DNA of 64,000 nucleotides. Origin: an uncultured Desulfobacter sp. GTDB taxonomy: Bacteria > Desulfobacterota > Desulfobacteria > Desulfobacterales > Desulfobacteraceae. The stretch covers positions 1,600,001 to 1,664,000 of the forward strand of contig OY762069.1 of the NCBI GenBank assembly GCA_963665095.1, given 5' to 3'. The first letter of the stretch is position 1. Each line of letters opens with the position of its first letter. Position numbers and translations under genes: made by a program. The notes below the pieces were generated by a model. The model was not told the DNA's origin and did not search any database. It saw only the letters and a program-made list of their open reading frames with translations. Positions 1 to 8,919 of this stretch are shown here, piece after piece.

Positions 1-126
1 TTTTTTCAAAAAAGTCTTCTGTTTTTTTTGCTGTTTCCATTTTTTCAAATTTTCAATCATCCAGCACAACATTTTATGGATCCAGCGTCTTCCGTGACAC
101 TTATCAAGCTCACCTTTATCATCCAT
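1..126 (-). CDS. Possible 5' end of a gene running off the window (hypothetical)
   Basis: Open frame from ATG at 126 (in-frame ATG at 60: MIENLKKWKQQKKQKTFLKK) to the window edge; no recognisable family. Confidence 0.3.
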   Translation of the reverse strand, partial: MDDKGELDKCHGRRWIHKMLCWMIENLKKWKQQKKQKTFLKK

Positions 127-186
127 TTAAACCAGTGAACTGTCTTTATTCAGGCTCCGCCCGTCAGTTAAAATCCACTAAGAATA

Positions 187-221
187 ACGGTATAATTTTC
201 ACATGGCGTAAATTATACCGT
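187..221. repeat. Inverted repeat (hairpin or operator) downstream of the ECF sigma gene
   Basis: ACGGTATAATTT-N11-AAATTATACCGT, perfect 12-bp arms. Confidence 0.6.
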
Positions 222-343
222 CAATTTCCCCTCTTAAGAAATTAACGAATGAAGTGGATAAATCCGTCGGAAAAATAGAATATTTTTCTTAATTTTTTTG
301 TTTTGAATTTATTACATTCTTATGAGGAAGAACATGGCCCAAG

Positions 344-901
344 TCAGACAGTGTCATCATAGATATTAAGTTCGGCACGCAGGGTTTTTCTACCCCTTGC
401 CAGAAGTGATTCCACTGCTCGAACTGTAATATCAAGGGTTCGGGCAATATCACGGTAGTTCATTCCATGGATATGACGCAGGTATAGGGCTGAGCGCTGG
501 TTTTTAGGCAGGGTTAAAAAAATCGACTCAATTTTATCTTTTAACTCAAAGGCGCATAACTGACTTAAGGGGGTGGAAAGAGAAATCTGCTCGGGCAGGT
601 CGGAGACAGCAAGGGGACGTTTTTTGCGCAAGTGATCAATACACAGGTTGCGTGCAATTTTAAACAGGTAGGTTTCCAGGCGGCCATAATAAATTTGGGC
701 ATCCGCATTGGCGTACAATCTTAAAAACACTTCCTGGGCAATATCCTCAGCTTCATGACTATTACGAAGAAGATTAAAGGCAAACCCATATATCCCGTTT
801 TGATAACGGTCCAGGATCTCCTCAAATGCCTTTTTGTCACCCTTGGAAATCAAGGTCATCAAATCAGCATCTGTCTTTTGGGAATACAAAAGCGATGTCA
901 T
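344..901 (-). CDS. ECF (group 4) RNA polymerase sigma factor
   Basis: Region 2 AEDIAQEVFLRLY...YLFKIARNLCIDHLRK; region 4 HTH GMNYRDIARTLDITVRAVESLLARGRKTLR; 185 aa. Confidence 0.95.
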   Translation of the reverse strand: MTSLLYSQKTDADLMTLISKGDKKAFEEILDRYQNGIYGFAFNLLRNSHEAEDIAQEVFLRLYANADAQIYYGRLETYLFKIARNLCIDHLRKKRPLAVSDLPEQISLSTPLSQLCAFELKDKIESIFLTLPKNQRSALYLRHIHGMNYRDIARTLDITVRAVESLLARGRKTLRAELNIYDDTV

Positions 902-1470
902 TAATTGGCAGGTTTTATTTCCATCTCTGGCCGTTTCATCATGCCGGGGGATTCCATCATTGGTGGCGGCGGCGGCGGCGCCCCCTTCCCGGACCGTTCC
1001 ATCATTGTCCTTTCTTGAAATCGTTTTCTGACCTCGGAAAAATAATATCTTGTTTTTTCCGGTCCAATAAGGTCTCTGATTTCAATGAGGTGTTCAATTT
1101 TATCTGAAACGGTCTGACCCAGCATCCGGCTGAGCACTTCCTTTTGTCTTTCAAATGCGATTTTATCCAGTGGCCCGGGCTGACTGATCACTTCAATCAG
1201 TTTGTCCTCTTCCTTCATAACCTGTTGCATAAAGTCAAAGTGACGTTTATTCATGTGCTGAAGGGCCGCGGCCATCTTATCTTTTACATCATCGGAAAGA
1301 TCCATTCCTGCAAGCACTTGAATGCCGGTGTTTTCAGGCCCTGGAAGCCTTTGCATCGGTATATGGTTTGGCGGTTTGAAAGCAATAACCGTAGCTATCA
1401 CCCCGATATTTAGGGCGACTGAAAAGGCCAGCACTATCCACACCCCTTTTTTTAAAAAATTTATACCCAT
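901..1470 (-). CDS. Periplasmic Spy/CpxP/ZraP-like (heavy-metal sensor family) protein
   Basis: N-terminal TM with SVALNIG motif, helical Met/His-rich body, LSDD.K and IGPEK resembling LTxxQ motifs, Pro/Met-rich tail; lies between anti-sigma and sigma. Confidence 0.75.
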   Translation of the reverse strand: MGINFLKKGVWIVLAFSVALNIGVIATVIAFKPPNHIPMQRLPGPENTGIQVLAGMDLSDDVKDKMAAALQHMNKRHFDFMQQVMKEEDKLIEVISQPGPLDKIAFERQKEVLSRMLGQTVSDKIEHLIEIRDLIGPEKTRYYFSEVRKRFQERTMMERSGKGAPPPPPPMMESPGMMKRPEMEIKPAN

Positions 1471-1877
1471 GACAGCAGAAGTCCTCCTGAAAAATAGAGA
1501 ACAGATGATACAAAACCATGAACCGTGTCGGAATTTGACGCCAGATCAAGGCCCAGCCGGCAGCCGGTGTATAGCCCCGCGGCCATCCCCATGGCCATGG
1601 CAGTACGCATAAGCCAGTCAAATTGAAAAAGGCTCGTTTTAACAGGGCCTGCGGCCACAAGGTCCTCAAAACGGTCAAGCGTTTTAAATTTTAAATCTCT
1701 GGAAGGAAGGCGGGCTGGAATACGCTCAAGCATTTCGGAAAGGCGTTTCAGTTCCAGGGCCTGCCTGTGACACTGTCTGCACGTGGAAAGGTGTTGATCA
1801 ACAGCCCTTTCAGCTTCCGGTGCCAGCTCACCATCAATCCAGGAATCGATTTTTTCATTTGCTTCCATGCATTTCAT
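1461..1877 (-). CDS. Zinc-finger (zf-HC2/ZAS) transmembrane anti-sigma factor
   Basis: C...WIDGEL...HLSTCRQC (HxxxCxxC) plus C-terminal hydrophobic segments; GGAGG RBS favours ATG at 1877 over 1892. Confidence 0.9.
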   Translation of the reverse strand: MKCMEANEKIDSWIDGELAPEAERAVDQHLSTCRQCHRQALELKRLSEMLERIPARLPSRDLKFKTLDRFEDLVAAGPVKTSLFQFDWLMRTAMAMGMAAGLYTGCRLGLDLASNSDTVHGFVSSVLYFSGGLLLSWV

Positions 1878-2090
1878 ATGATCTACCTCCATGAATACTC
1901 ATCCTTTTAGTATTAACGATCGAGCAGGGAAAAACCGGCGGTATTTTTTTCTAAATCTGACTATTTTTTAAGGGGTCAAATTCTACTCTATTTTTTAATT
2001 TTACACCATAGCGTATACGATCTCCTCCTATGGCATAAAACATACAACCGAACACTATATTAACACCTTGAATTAATAGGTAAAATCATT

Positions 2091-2107
2091 CAGGCATGGT
2101 TTGTGCC
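2091..2107 (+). promoter_or_regulatory. Candidate sigma54 (-24/-12) promoter of the IS481-like gene
   Basis: CAGGCATGGTTTGTGCC has GG-N10-GC spacing and resembles YTGGCACGN4TTGCW; about 80 bp upstream of a GAGGAG RBS and ATG. Confidence 0.55.
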
Positions 2108-2187
2108 ATCATGGAACTCAACCAGTGAGACTTTTGCAGATTTATCTTTAAAAGCAACCTTGGAAAAGAGACATTTGAGGAGCAGCC

Positions 2188-3114
2188 ATGAAAATACATC
2201 TTCATAAAAATGCCACAACCACACCAGCCCAAAGGGCGTTTATTCAAAATAATCCCCACCTCACCGTGGCCGCTCTTGCGGAAAAAACAGGCGTCAGCAA
2301 AACCACAATCCGGCGGTGGCAGAAACGTATGGATGTATATGACCGTCCACACACCCCGAAACGAATTAAAACCGCCCTGTCTCCCATTGAGGAAATCAAG
2401 ATCACTATGTGCCGCATGGCTTTCAGGGCCGGACTCGATGATCTGAACCAGATCGCTGAAAACTTTTTTAACATCAAGTGCTCACGAGCCAGCTTGAACA
2501 GATGTCTTAAACGATATGAAATATCAAAACTGCCCAACCTGAAATCTTTTGTGCCCTTTGACCTTAAAGACTATACTGGTACCTATTTTTATTATTCCTG
2601 TTTTCACCTGCCTTCATTTTCGGAATCTGAACCGCCAGTGGTATTGCAATGTCTTCTAGACTGCACATTTCGGACGTTTCATGCACAATATTCCACTGCA
2701 CCCAGCAGGTTTTTACTGGATTATATCCAGCATTTCCCTTTGCGGGTTTTAGGCATTATTTACAGTGCCCCCATAATCCTTGGGGATCGGCATCCCGACA
2801 TGGCGTCCTCCCAGAGATCTATCCTGCAATTGTGCCGAACCTTAGGCCTGACATCAAGCTTTATTGACAACCAGCATTCCCAGGCCGAAGACAAACTGAA
2901 CCATACGTTGCAAAAGATGCTTAAAAACAGTGAAAAACAGGATTTAACAAATATCTGGAAAACCAACGACGATTTATTTAAACAGATTCATCAATATAAT
3001 TTTGATCTCCCCCTGGGTTTTTTAAAACAAAAAACCCCTTTTAAAGCTCTGGAATCTCACTATACTCACTTCCCAAACAGCTTCAAATTAAAGCCGGAAG
3101 CGCTTGCTTCTTAA
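2188..3114 (+). CDS. IS481-family transposase-derived HTH protein, DDE triad apparently lost
   Basis: N-terminus HLHKNATTTP...HTH...DRPHTP...LDDL...SRASLNRCLKR and C-terminus YN..LP...L..KTP match IS481-family transposases; expected D/D/E positions read S137, S193 and about N238; intact 308-aa ORF. Confidence 0.75.
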   Translation: MKIHLHKNATTTPAQRAFIQNNPHLTVAALAEKTGVSKTTIRRWQKRMDVYDRPHTPKRIKTALSPIEEIKITMCRMAFRAGLDDLNQIAENFFNIKCSRASLNRCLKRYEISKLPNLKSFVPFDLKDYTGTYFYYSCFHLPSFSESEPPVVLQCLLDCTFRTFHAQYSTAPSRFLLDYIQHFPLRVLGIIYSAPIILGDRHPDMASSQRSILQLCRTLGLTSSFIDNQHSQAEDKLNHTLQKMLKNSEKQDLTNIWKTNDDLFKQIHQYNFDLPLGFLKQKTPFKALESHYTHFPNSFKLKPEALAS

Positions 3115-3126
3115 CCTGTCTTTTCT

Positions 3127-3156
3127 GTTCCCTGCAGAAAATTTTCTGCAGGGAAC
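3127..3156. terminator. Perfect 30-bp palindrome after the IS481-like gene (terminator-like hairpin or protein-binding site)
   Basis: GTTCCCTGCAGAAAA|TTTTCTGCAGGGAAC, 12 bp after the stop; no strong U-tract. Confidence 0.55.
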
Positions 3157-3314
3157 CAGCCTTTAACAATAAATTTTTCCGTATCTTTCTTTTAAAGAAA
3201 ATCTCATATGATTAATTTTAGATAAAATTATAATCCATAAATACATGGATAACCCTTTAAGAACTAATCATATGAAACTTTCTATAATCATATTTTTTCA
3301 CTAGTTTTACCGAC

Positions 3315-3342
3315 TAAAGATTGACTAATCATCACACGATAC
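3315..3342 (+). promoter_or_regulatory. Candidate sigma28 (FliA) promoter of flagellin
   Basis: TAAAGA-N14-CACGATAC; the same pattern and spacing occur upstream of fliD (23256-23283). Confidence 0.6.
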
Positions 3343-3349
3343 CATGGCA

Positions 3350-3514
3350 GAATAACGGATCGATCCAGGCAGATAGCATCTGCCGCAACCCAAACCCTTC
3401 CTGAATATGTCTATTCAGACGGATCTGATCAGACTGTTTAGGAAAGAACTCCTAAAGGTGGACCGGCACTGATGCCGGCACTTAATTTACACCCAAATTC
3501 ACGGAGGAAATCAC
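3350..3514 (+). promoter_or_regulatory. Structured flagellin 5' leader with CsrA-type ACGGA motifs
   Basis: Hairpins GGCAGAT-agc-ATCTGCC, TCAGA-cgga-TCTGA, TTTAGGA-aagaac-TCCTAAA, CCGGCA-ctga-TGCCGG; ACGGA at about 3355, 3419 and 3501 (overlapping the RBS). Confidence 0.55.
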
Positions 3515-5935
3515 ATGAGTTTAAGTATCAATACCAACCTGGCCGCACTCACCGCCCACAGAAACATGGTCGCCACAGACAATGATATGAGCACATCCCT
3601 TACCCGTCTCTCCACAGGGTTGCGGATCAACTCTGCGGCAGACGATGCATCCGGTCTGACCATTGCTGATTCTCTGGCAGCTCAGGCAGACGGCCTGGGC
3701 CAGGGCATTCAGAATGCCAATGACGGCGTTTCAATTGTCCAGACTGCAGATGGCGCTCTTGAAGAGTCTGTAAGCATCGTTAACACAATTAAAACCAAAG
3801 CCATCCAGGCCGCTTCTGACACCCAGACCACGGAAACCCGCTCGGCTATTCAGGAGGACATTGACAAGCTGTTGGAAGAACTGGACAGCATTGCCACCAC
3901 AACTTCCTACAACGGCATGCAGCTTCTTAACGGCACATACACCAACAAGGTCATCCAGACCGGGGCCTCTGCCAATGAAACTGCATCCATCAGCATTGGT
4001 AACAGCGAATCAGATTCCATTGGCCATATCTCCACCGCCACCCTGGAACTCGACGTTGATGACGGCGATGAAGTGCAGCTGACCATTACCTCATCCATCA
4101 CCGGAGAGGATGTGGAACTTGAATCAATCACCATCGAAGCAAATAATGAGGAGGAAAACGGCCTGGGTGCCCTGGCTGACGAAATCAATTCCGTATCATC
4201 TGTCACAGGCGTGTCTGCGGTGGCAGTTGTGGAAACCACTACAGAGTCGGCTATCCAGCAAGGCACCACTGGTTCTGATTTCTCCATCAACGGCGTGACC
4301 ATAGGTGCCGTTAATGTGGAAGACAATGACTCAGATGCATCGTTAGTGACGGCCATTAATGATGCCACCACAGAGACCGGTGTTTCAGCCGCAATCAATG
4401 ATGACGGCACCATTACTCTGACGTCTGAAGACGGTCGCGTCATCAGTGTTACCGGAGATCTGGGCGATGTGTTTGGCGAAGGCGTGACTGCGGATGACCT
4501 GTCAACCATCGGATACATCACTCTGACCCAGGACGGATCCAGCCAGTTTAATATTACAGCGTCTGCCACATCCAGTCTGGATACAAACCTTACAACAAAT
4601 GCGACGTATGAAACTGCGGATGACATGACCCTGGCGAAAGGGTCAACCATACAATCCGGTTCCACCCTTGCTGCAGGAAGTGTGGTTGGTGCTGATATAG
4701 AGGTTATAACGGCTGCTGTTGATGATACCCTCTATGACTATGAACTGGCATCCGGTTCCACCCTTAAAACGGGTTCTGAGTTAGCCCAAGGGACAACCAT
4801 AGGCGGGACTATTACGGTTGATTCAGCAGATGCAACTTTGAATACGGATATGACAATTGAAGCAGGATCGACCCTTGAGTCAGGGAGTATACTTGCCGCA
4901 GGCACTGTCCTGACTGCCACGTTTACGGCCGGCGGCGAAACCTATGAAGCGGGCGATACCTTGACTGCAAAGGTGACTCTTACCTCAGACTTAACTTTAA
5001 CTGAAGACATGACACTGTCAGCTTCCTCAGCGCTTGAGTCAGGGACGGTCCTTACGGCCGGCACGGAACTTGGAGCCGATATAACCCTGGCTGCCACGTT
5101 AACAACAACGGAGGATATGACACTGGAAGCCGGGTCTTCGATCCTGACAGGATCTACCCTTGCCGCGGGGACCACCCTGGGCGATGATACGGTGGTGGCA
5201 TCGACAACAGGTGGAGACATTACAACCACTGAAGAGACTGAAATCTCTGCCGGATCAACCCTATTAACCGGCCTTATTATTGCTGAAGATTCGGAAGTCA
5301 ATGGCACGATTACCATTGCCCAGACAGATTTATCTACCGGAGATTCCGTAACATTGGAGGAAGGCAGCACTCTTGCCGCGGGTACCACCATTGCGGCGGG
5401 TACAACCATTACCACAGATATTAGTGCAGGTTCCATTACTAGTGCAACATCTGATATTGAAGCAGGAACGACGATTACAACAGACATTGTGCTTTCAAGT
5501 GCCGTAACCCTTACTGACTCAATGACGTTGACAGGCACTGGCAATAGAATTGCCGCCGGATCGGAGGTCAATATCTCCAGCGGGGATTCAGGGGATGTGG
5601 TCCTTTCTGACCAGGAGAGTCTGACCCTGTCGGATATCAGCGTCATGACACAGGAGGATGCGGAAATCGCCATAGAAATTGCAGAAGCGGCACTGGCGGA
5701 TCTGGATTCCATACGTGCGTCTCTGGGTTCCACGGAAAATCAGCTGACATCCACCATCTCCAACCTGTCAGTTACCAAAACCAACGTCACGGCGTCTGAA
5801 TCCACTATCCGTGATGTTGACTTTGCAGAAGAGACATCCAACTATGCAAGACTGGCACTTTTGGCCCAGACAAGCTCCTATGCCCTGAGTCAGGCCAATG
5901 CATCAACCTCGAACATTACAAGCCTGCTGCAGTAA
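3515..5935 (+). CDS. fliC: Flagellin, large and acidic with a repetitive hypervariable region
   Basis: N-term SINTN...RLSTGLRINSAADDASGL; C-term RASLGSTENQL...SESTIRDVDFAEE...LLQ; 806 aa. Confidence 0.97.
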   Translation: MSLSINTNLAALTAHRNMVATDNDMSTSLTRLSTGLRINSAADDASGLTIADSLAAQADGLGQGIQNANDGVSIVQTADGALEESVSIVNTIKTKAIQAASDTQTTETRSAIQEDIDKLLEELDSIATTTSYNGMQLLNGTYTNKVIQTGASANETASISIGNSESDSIGHISTATLELDVDDGDEVQLTITSSITGEDVELESITIEANNEEENGLGALADEINSVSSVTGVSAVAVVETTTESAIQQGTTGSDFSINGVTIGAVNVEDNDSDASLVTAINDATTETGVSAAINDDGTITLTSEDGRVISVTGDLGDVFGEGVTADDLSTIGYITLTQDGSSQFNITASATSSLDTNLTTNATYETADDMTLAKGSTIQSGSTLAAGSVVGADIEVITAAVDDTLYDYELASGSTLKTGSELAQGTTIGGTITVDSADATLNTDMTIEAGSTLESGSILAAGTVLTATFTAGGETYEAGDTLTAKVTLTSDLTLTEDMTLSASSALESGTVLTAGTELGADITLAATLTTTEDMTLEAGSSILTGSTLAAGTTLGDDTVVASTTGGDITTTEETEISAGSTLLTGLIIAEDSEVNGTITIAQTDLSTGDSVTLEEGSTLAAGTTIAAGTTITTDISAGSITSATSDIEAGTTITTDIVLSSAVTLTDSMTLTGTGNRIAAGSEVNISSGDSGDVVLSDQESLTLSDISVMTQEDAEIAIEIAEAALADLDSIRASLGSTENQLTSTISNLSVTKTNVTASESTIRDVDFAEETSNYARLALLAQTSSYALSQANASTSNITSLLQ

Positions 5936-5956
5936 TAAAAAGCATTGCTTAAGTTC

Positions 5957-5992
5957 AAAAACCTGCCGGAAAAATATTTCCGGCAGGTTTTT
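5957..5992. terminator. Bidirectional rho-independent terminator
   Basis: AAAAACCTGCCGGAAA-aata-TTTCCGGCAGGTTTTT between convergent fliC and the kinase gene. Confidence 0.9.
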
Positions 5993-6015
5993 CATGGCTT
6001 GAAATAATTGGGGGC

Positions 6016-8919
6016 TTAAAACCGATTCTCATGAACACGGTCAAGCAGACTTCGTACGGACTGGATCATCTGTCTGACATCAATGGGCTTTACAAGTTTG
6101 CCTGTTATGTCCTCTTCTCCGGGAATGTCAGGAATTTTTTTACCACTAAATCCGGTACAAAATAGAATAGGCAGTTCCTTACGAATACCCCGAAGTTGTT
6201 CGGCCAGGGCAGCCCCTGACAGGCCGGGCATGGTAAGATCAGTAATCACCAGATGAAAATCCTCAGGAGACTGTCTGAACGTATCCAGCGCCTCATAGCC
6301 ATTGTTCATGCCGGTTACCCGGTATCCGAAACGCTCCAGCATGGCCTTTTCAATCACCATGACATCGGGCTCATCATCCACAACAAGGATGTGCTCATCC
6401 CCCCCTGACAGATCCGGAACCTCACTGCCTTTCCCGGTCTCCTTCTCCTCATCAGAAGCCACCCCATTCTCCAGCACGGGCAAATATACCCTGAAGGTGG
6501 TTCCATGCCCCGGTCGGGTGGTTACATTTACAGCGCCTCCCATCTGGCTGACGACCCCGTGTACCACTGCCAGCCCCATGCCGGTGCCCTTTCCCAGCTC
6601 TTTTGTGGTAAAATAAGGATCAAATATCTTTTCCTGCACCTGGGCAGACATGCCCACGCCGGTGTCAGTTACAGTCAACAGATTATATACCCCTTCGGAA
6701 ACGCTAAAAGATTCAGGAGATCCAGAGGTGATAGTTTTCTCCTCAAGGCATATGGTCATGATCCCTCCGGACTCTTCCATGGCATGAAAGGCATTGGTAG
6801 CCAGATTCATTATAATTTGATGGATCTGAACGGGGTCCGCCATAATTGGTTTGCAATGTGACGAAATGCGAATATCCATTTCAATGGTGGCAGGAATGGA
6901 CGCCCTCAAAAGATTCAGGGCTTCGTGAATGACATCCGGCACTTCCAAAAGCCGGGTCTCTCCCCTGTCCTGTCGGGAAAAGGCCAGAATCCGGCTGACA
7001 AGCTCTTTGGCACGTTTGGCTCCGGCATAAATTTTTTCCAGCCCCTTGCGCAACAGTCCCTGCTCCGGCGCATCCTGAAGCAGGATCTCGGTATATCCCA
7101 TAATCGGGAAAAGAATATTATTAAAATCATGGGCAATGCCGCCTGCCAATGTGCCAATGGACTCCATTTTCTGAGCATGAAGCAGTTGATTTTCCAGCTG
7201 TTTTACTTCTGTTATATCTCTGTATATGAACAACTTGAGCCTTTGGTCGTCGGACATGACAATGGATGAACAAGATATATTATAAAACCGGCCGTCAAGG
7301 GGACTTGAAATCTCTTTTGAATAGTCGTCCAGAAATGTTTCATCCTGCCAGCCGCACCAGGGGCAGATATCATCCAGCCCATGGATGGTCCGGTAACATT
7401 TGTGCCCTGTGACATCGGTGCAGGTTCTTTCAATCATGGCAGGATTCATATAAATTACGGTATAATCGGGAGAACAGATATACACCGGGTCTTTCATGGT
7501 CTCCATCATGGAGCGGTATTTTTCCTCACTCTGCCTTAACGCCTTTTCCACGGCTTTGCGCTGGGTAATGTCCCTGACATAAAGCAGGTACATCTGATTT
7601 TCAGGGACCTCAATACGTCCGTCAAACCGGTCATAGATACTTGTCTTGATCAGTGACAGCTTCACTTCAGCGGGCATCAGGCTTTTATCTTTACGCTGGT
7701 AGGTGCGGTACACGGTAACAGTTTGTTCACTGATCAGGCGGTTGTACAGCACGTCACCGTCATTATCATGGACAAGGTTTACATCTATTTGATCTGCTGT
7801 TTTTGAAAGCAGCTCCTCTCTGGTATATCCGAGCATCCGGCAGGCCTCGGTATTGATATCAATAAACCTGCCATCCAAACCTAAAATGGCTATGGCATCT
7901 GCCGCATTGAAAAATATATTCCAATACCGTTCCCGTGCCCGGGAAAGGCTTTGGGCAAGATTTTTCATCCCAAGGGAGAGATCTCCGATTTCATCATTTG
8001 ATGGCGGGGGAAAGTCATATTCAAAATTTTCAGACTTAATGGCCTGAATTGCATTTTTCTGTGATTCAAGAAACCGGTTAAAATATCTTGAGATAACCAG
8101 CCACAGCCCAAGATTTATTAAGACCGCGAAGAGGCTGACAATAATCACCATTGATTTATACTCGGCCTGACGGGTTGCATTTTCTTCCTGAATTACCCTG
8201 ATACCGTCGTTAATCAATACAAAAAACCGGTGGGAACTATTCTTAAGAAACTGCTCCTGATATCTCAGAGAAAAATGCAGTACCAGATCATCTTCAATAT
8301 TGTGGATCAAATCACGAACGGCACTGTTTATAGCCGGATCTTTAGTGATCTCGGCAATTGTCTTTTGGGTCTGCATCAGCCCTGGATACTGATCAAGATC
8401 ATGGTGTTCAAAGGAATGCGTGACCTGTACCCACAGCGTGTTTATAACTTGATAAAACTGTTTATGATCAATATCAGACAATACGTCTGCCTGTTTGGCA
8501 ATAACTGAAAGTATGCTGTAATTTTCCTCTGGTATCTGGCGGTGCCGGTCGTACTGTTCCAGCAGATATATAAAACTTTTTTGGAAGCTGTTAAATACAT
8601 GGGGTAATTCCTCGAAGCGCCTGGCGATCTTGAACGAATGGATATAACTGAAATCGGGAATATTTTTTATTTGGGCCTTCACGTGTTCAAGCTCATCAAG
8701 AATATCTTTTTCCATGGCAGGTGTGTGGTTTAAGAACACTTGGGCCGACATCACATTAAGTCTTTCCAGATGCAGTGAAAAATCTTTAAGCGCCATAATA
8801 CGGGCAGCTGACTTTATACTGGCGTCATAACTGAAAAAAGAGGTGACACTAAGACCAATGGTAATTACAGTCAAGGTGGAAAACAAAAAAAATACTTTTA
8901 CAGAAAGGCTAATTCTCAT
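6016..8919 (-). CDS. Hybrid sensor histidine kinase (2 TM, HAMP, 2 PAS, HisKA/HATPase, receiver)
   Basis: H-box LAGGIAHDFNNIL, N-box QIIMNLATNA, G-boxes DTGVGM and GKGTGMGL, receiver ILVVDDE...DLTMPG...KP. Confidence 0.95.
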   Translation of the reverse strand: MRISLSVKVFFLFSTLTVITIGLSVTSFFSYDASIKSAARIMALKDFSLHLERLNVMSAQVFLNHTPAMEKDILDELEHVKAQIKNIPDFSYIHSFKIARRFEELPHVFNSFQKSFIYLLEQYDRHRQIPEENYSILSVIAKQADVLSDIDHKQFYQVINTLWVQVTHSFEHHDLDQYPGLMQTQKTIAEITKDPAINSAVRDLIHNIEDDLVLHFSLRYQEQFLKNSSHRFFVLINDGIRVIQEENATRQAEYKSMVIIVSLFAVLINLGLWLVISRYFNRFLESQKNAIQAIKSENFEYDFPPPSNDEIGDLSLGMKNLAQSLSRARERYWNIFFNAADAIAILGLDGRFIDINTEACRMLGYTREELLSKTADQIDVNLVHDNDGDVLYNRLISEQTVTVYRTYQRKDKSLMPAEVKLSLIKTSIYDRFDGRIEVPENQMYLLYVRDITQRKAVEKALRQSEEKYRSMMETMKDPVYICSPDYTVIYMNPAMIERTCTDVTGHKCYRTIHGLDDICPWCGWQDETFLDDYSKEISSPLDGRFYNISCSSIVMSDDQRLKLFIYRDITEVKQLENQLLHAQKMESIGTLAGGIAHDFNNILFPIMGYTEILLQDAPEQGLLRKGLEKIYAGAKRAKELVSRILAFSRQDRGETRLLEVPDVIHEALNLLRASIPATIEMDIRISSHCKPIMADPVQIHQIIMNLATNAFHAMEESGGIMTICLEEKTITSGSPESFSVSEGVYNLLTVTDTGVGMSAQVQEKIFDPYFTTKELGKGTGMGLAVVHGVVSQMGGAVNVTTRPGHGTTFRVYLPVLENGVASDEEKETGKGSEVPDLSGGDEHILVVDDEPDVMVIEKAMLERFGYRVTGMNNGYEALDTFRQSPEDFHLVITDLTMPGLSGAALAEQLRGIRKELPILFCTGFSGKKIPDIPGEEDITGKLVKPIDVRQMIQSVRSLLDRVHENRF

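Noticed and set aside
961..985. (GGC)n microsatellite as a phase-variation tract
   Set aside because: In-frame triplet encoding a poly-Pro linker; slippage would not switch expression.
2188..3114. Active IS481 insertion sequence
   Set aside because: Catalytic residues appear substituted and no terminal inverted repeats or target duplication were seen.
3907..5733. Long antisense ORFs within fliC (252 and 263 aa) and similar shadow ORFs across flg, arg and pyr genes
   Set aside because: They lie opposite well-supported genes and mirror their codon bias; no motifs of their own.
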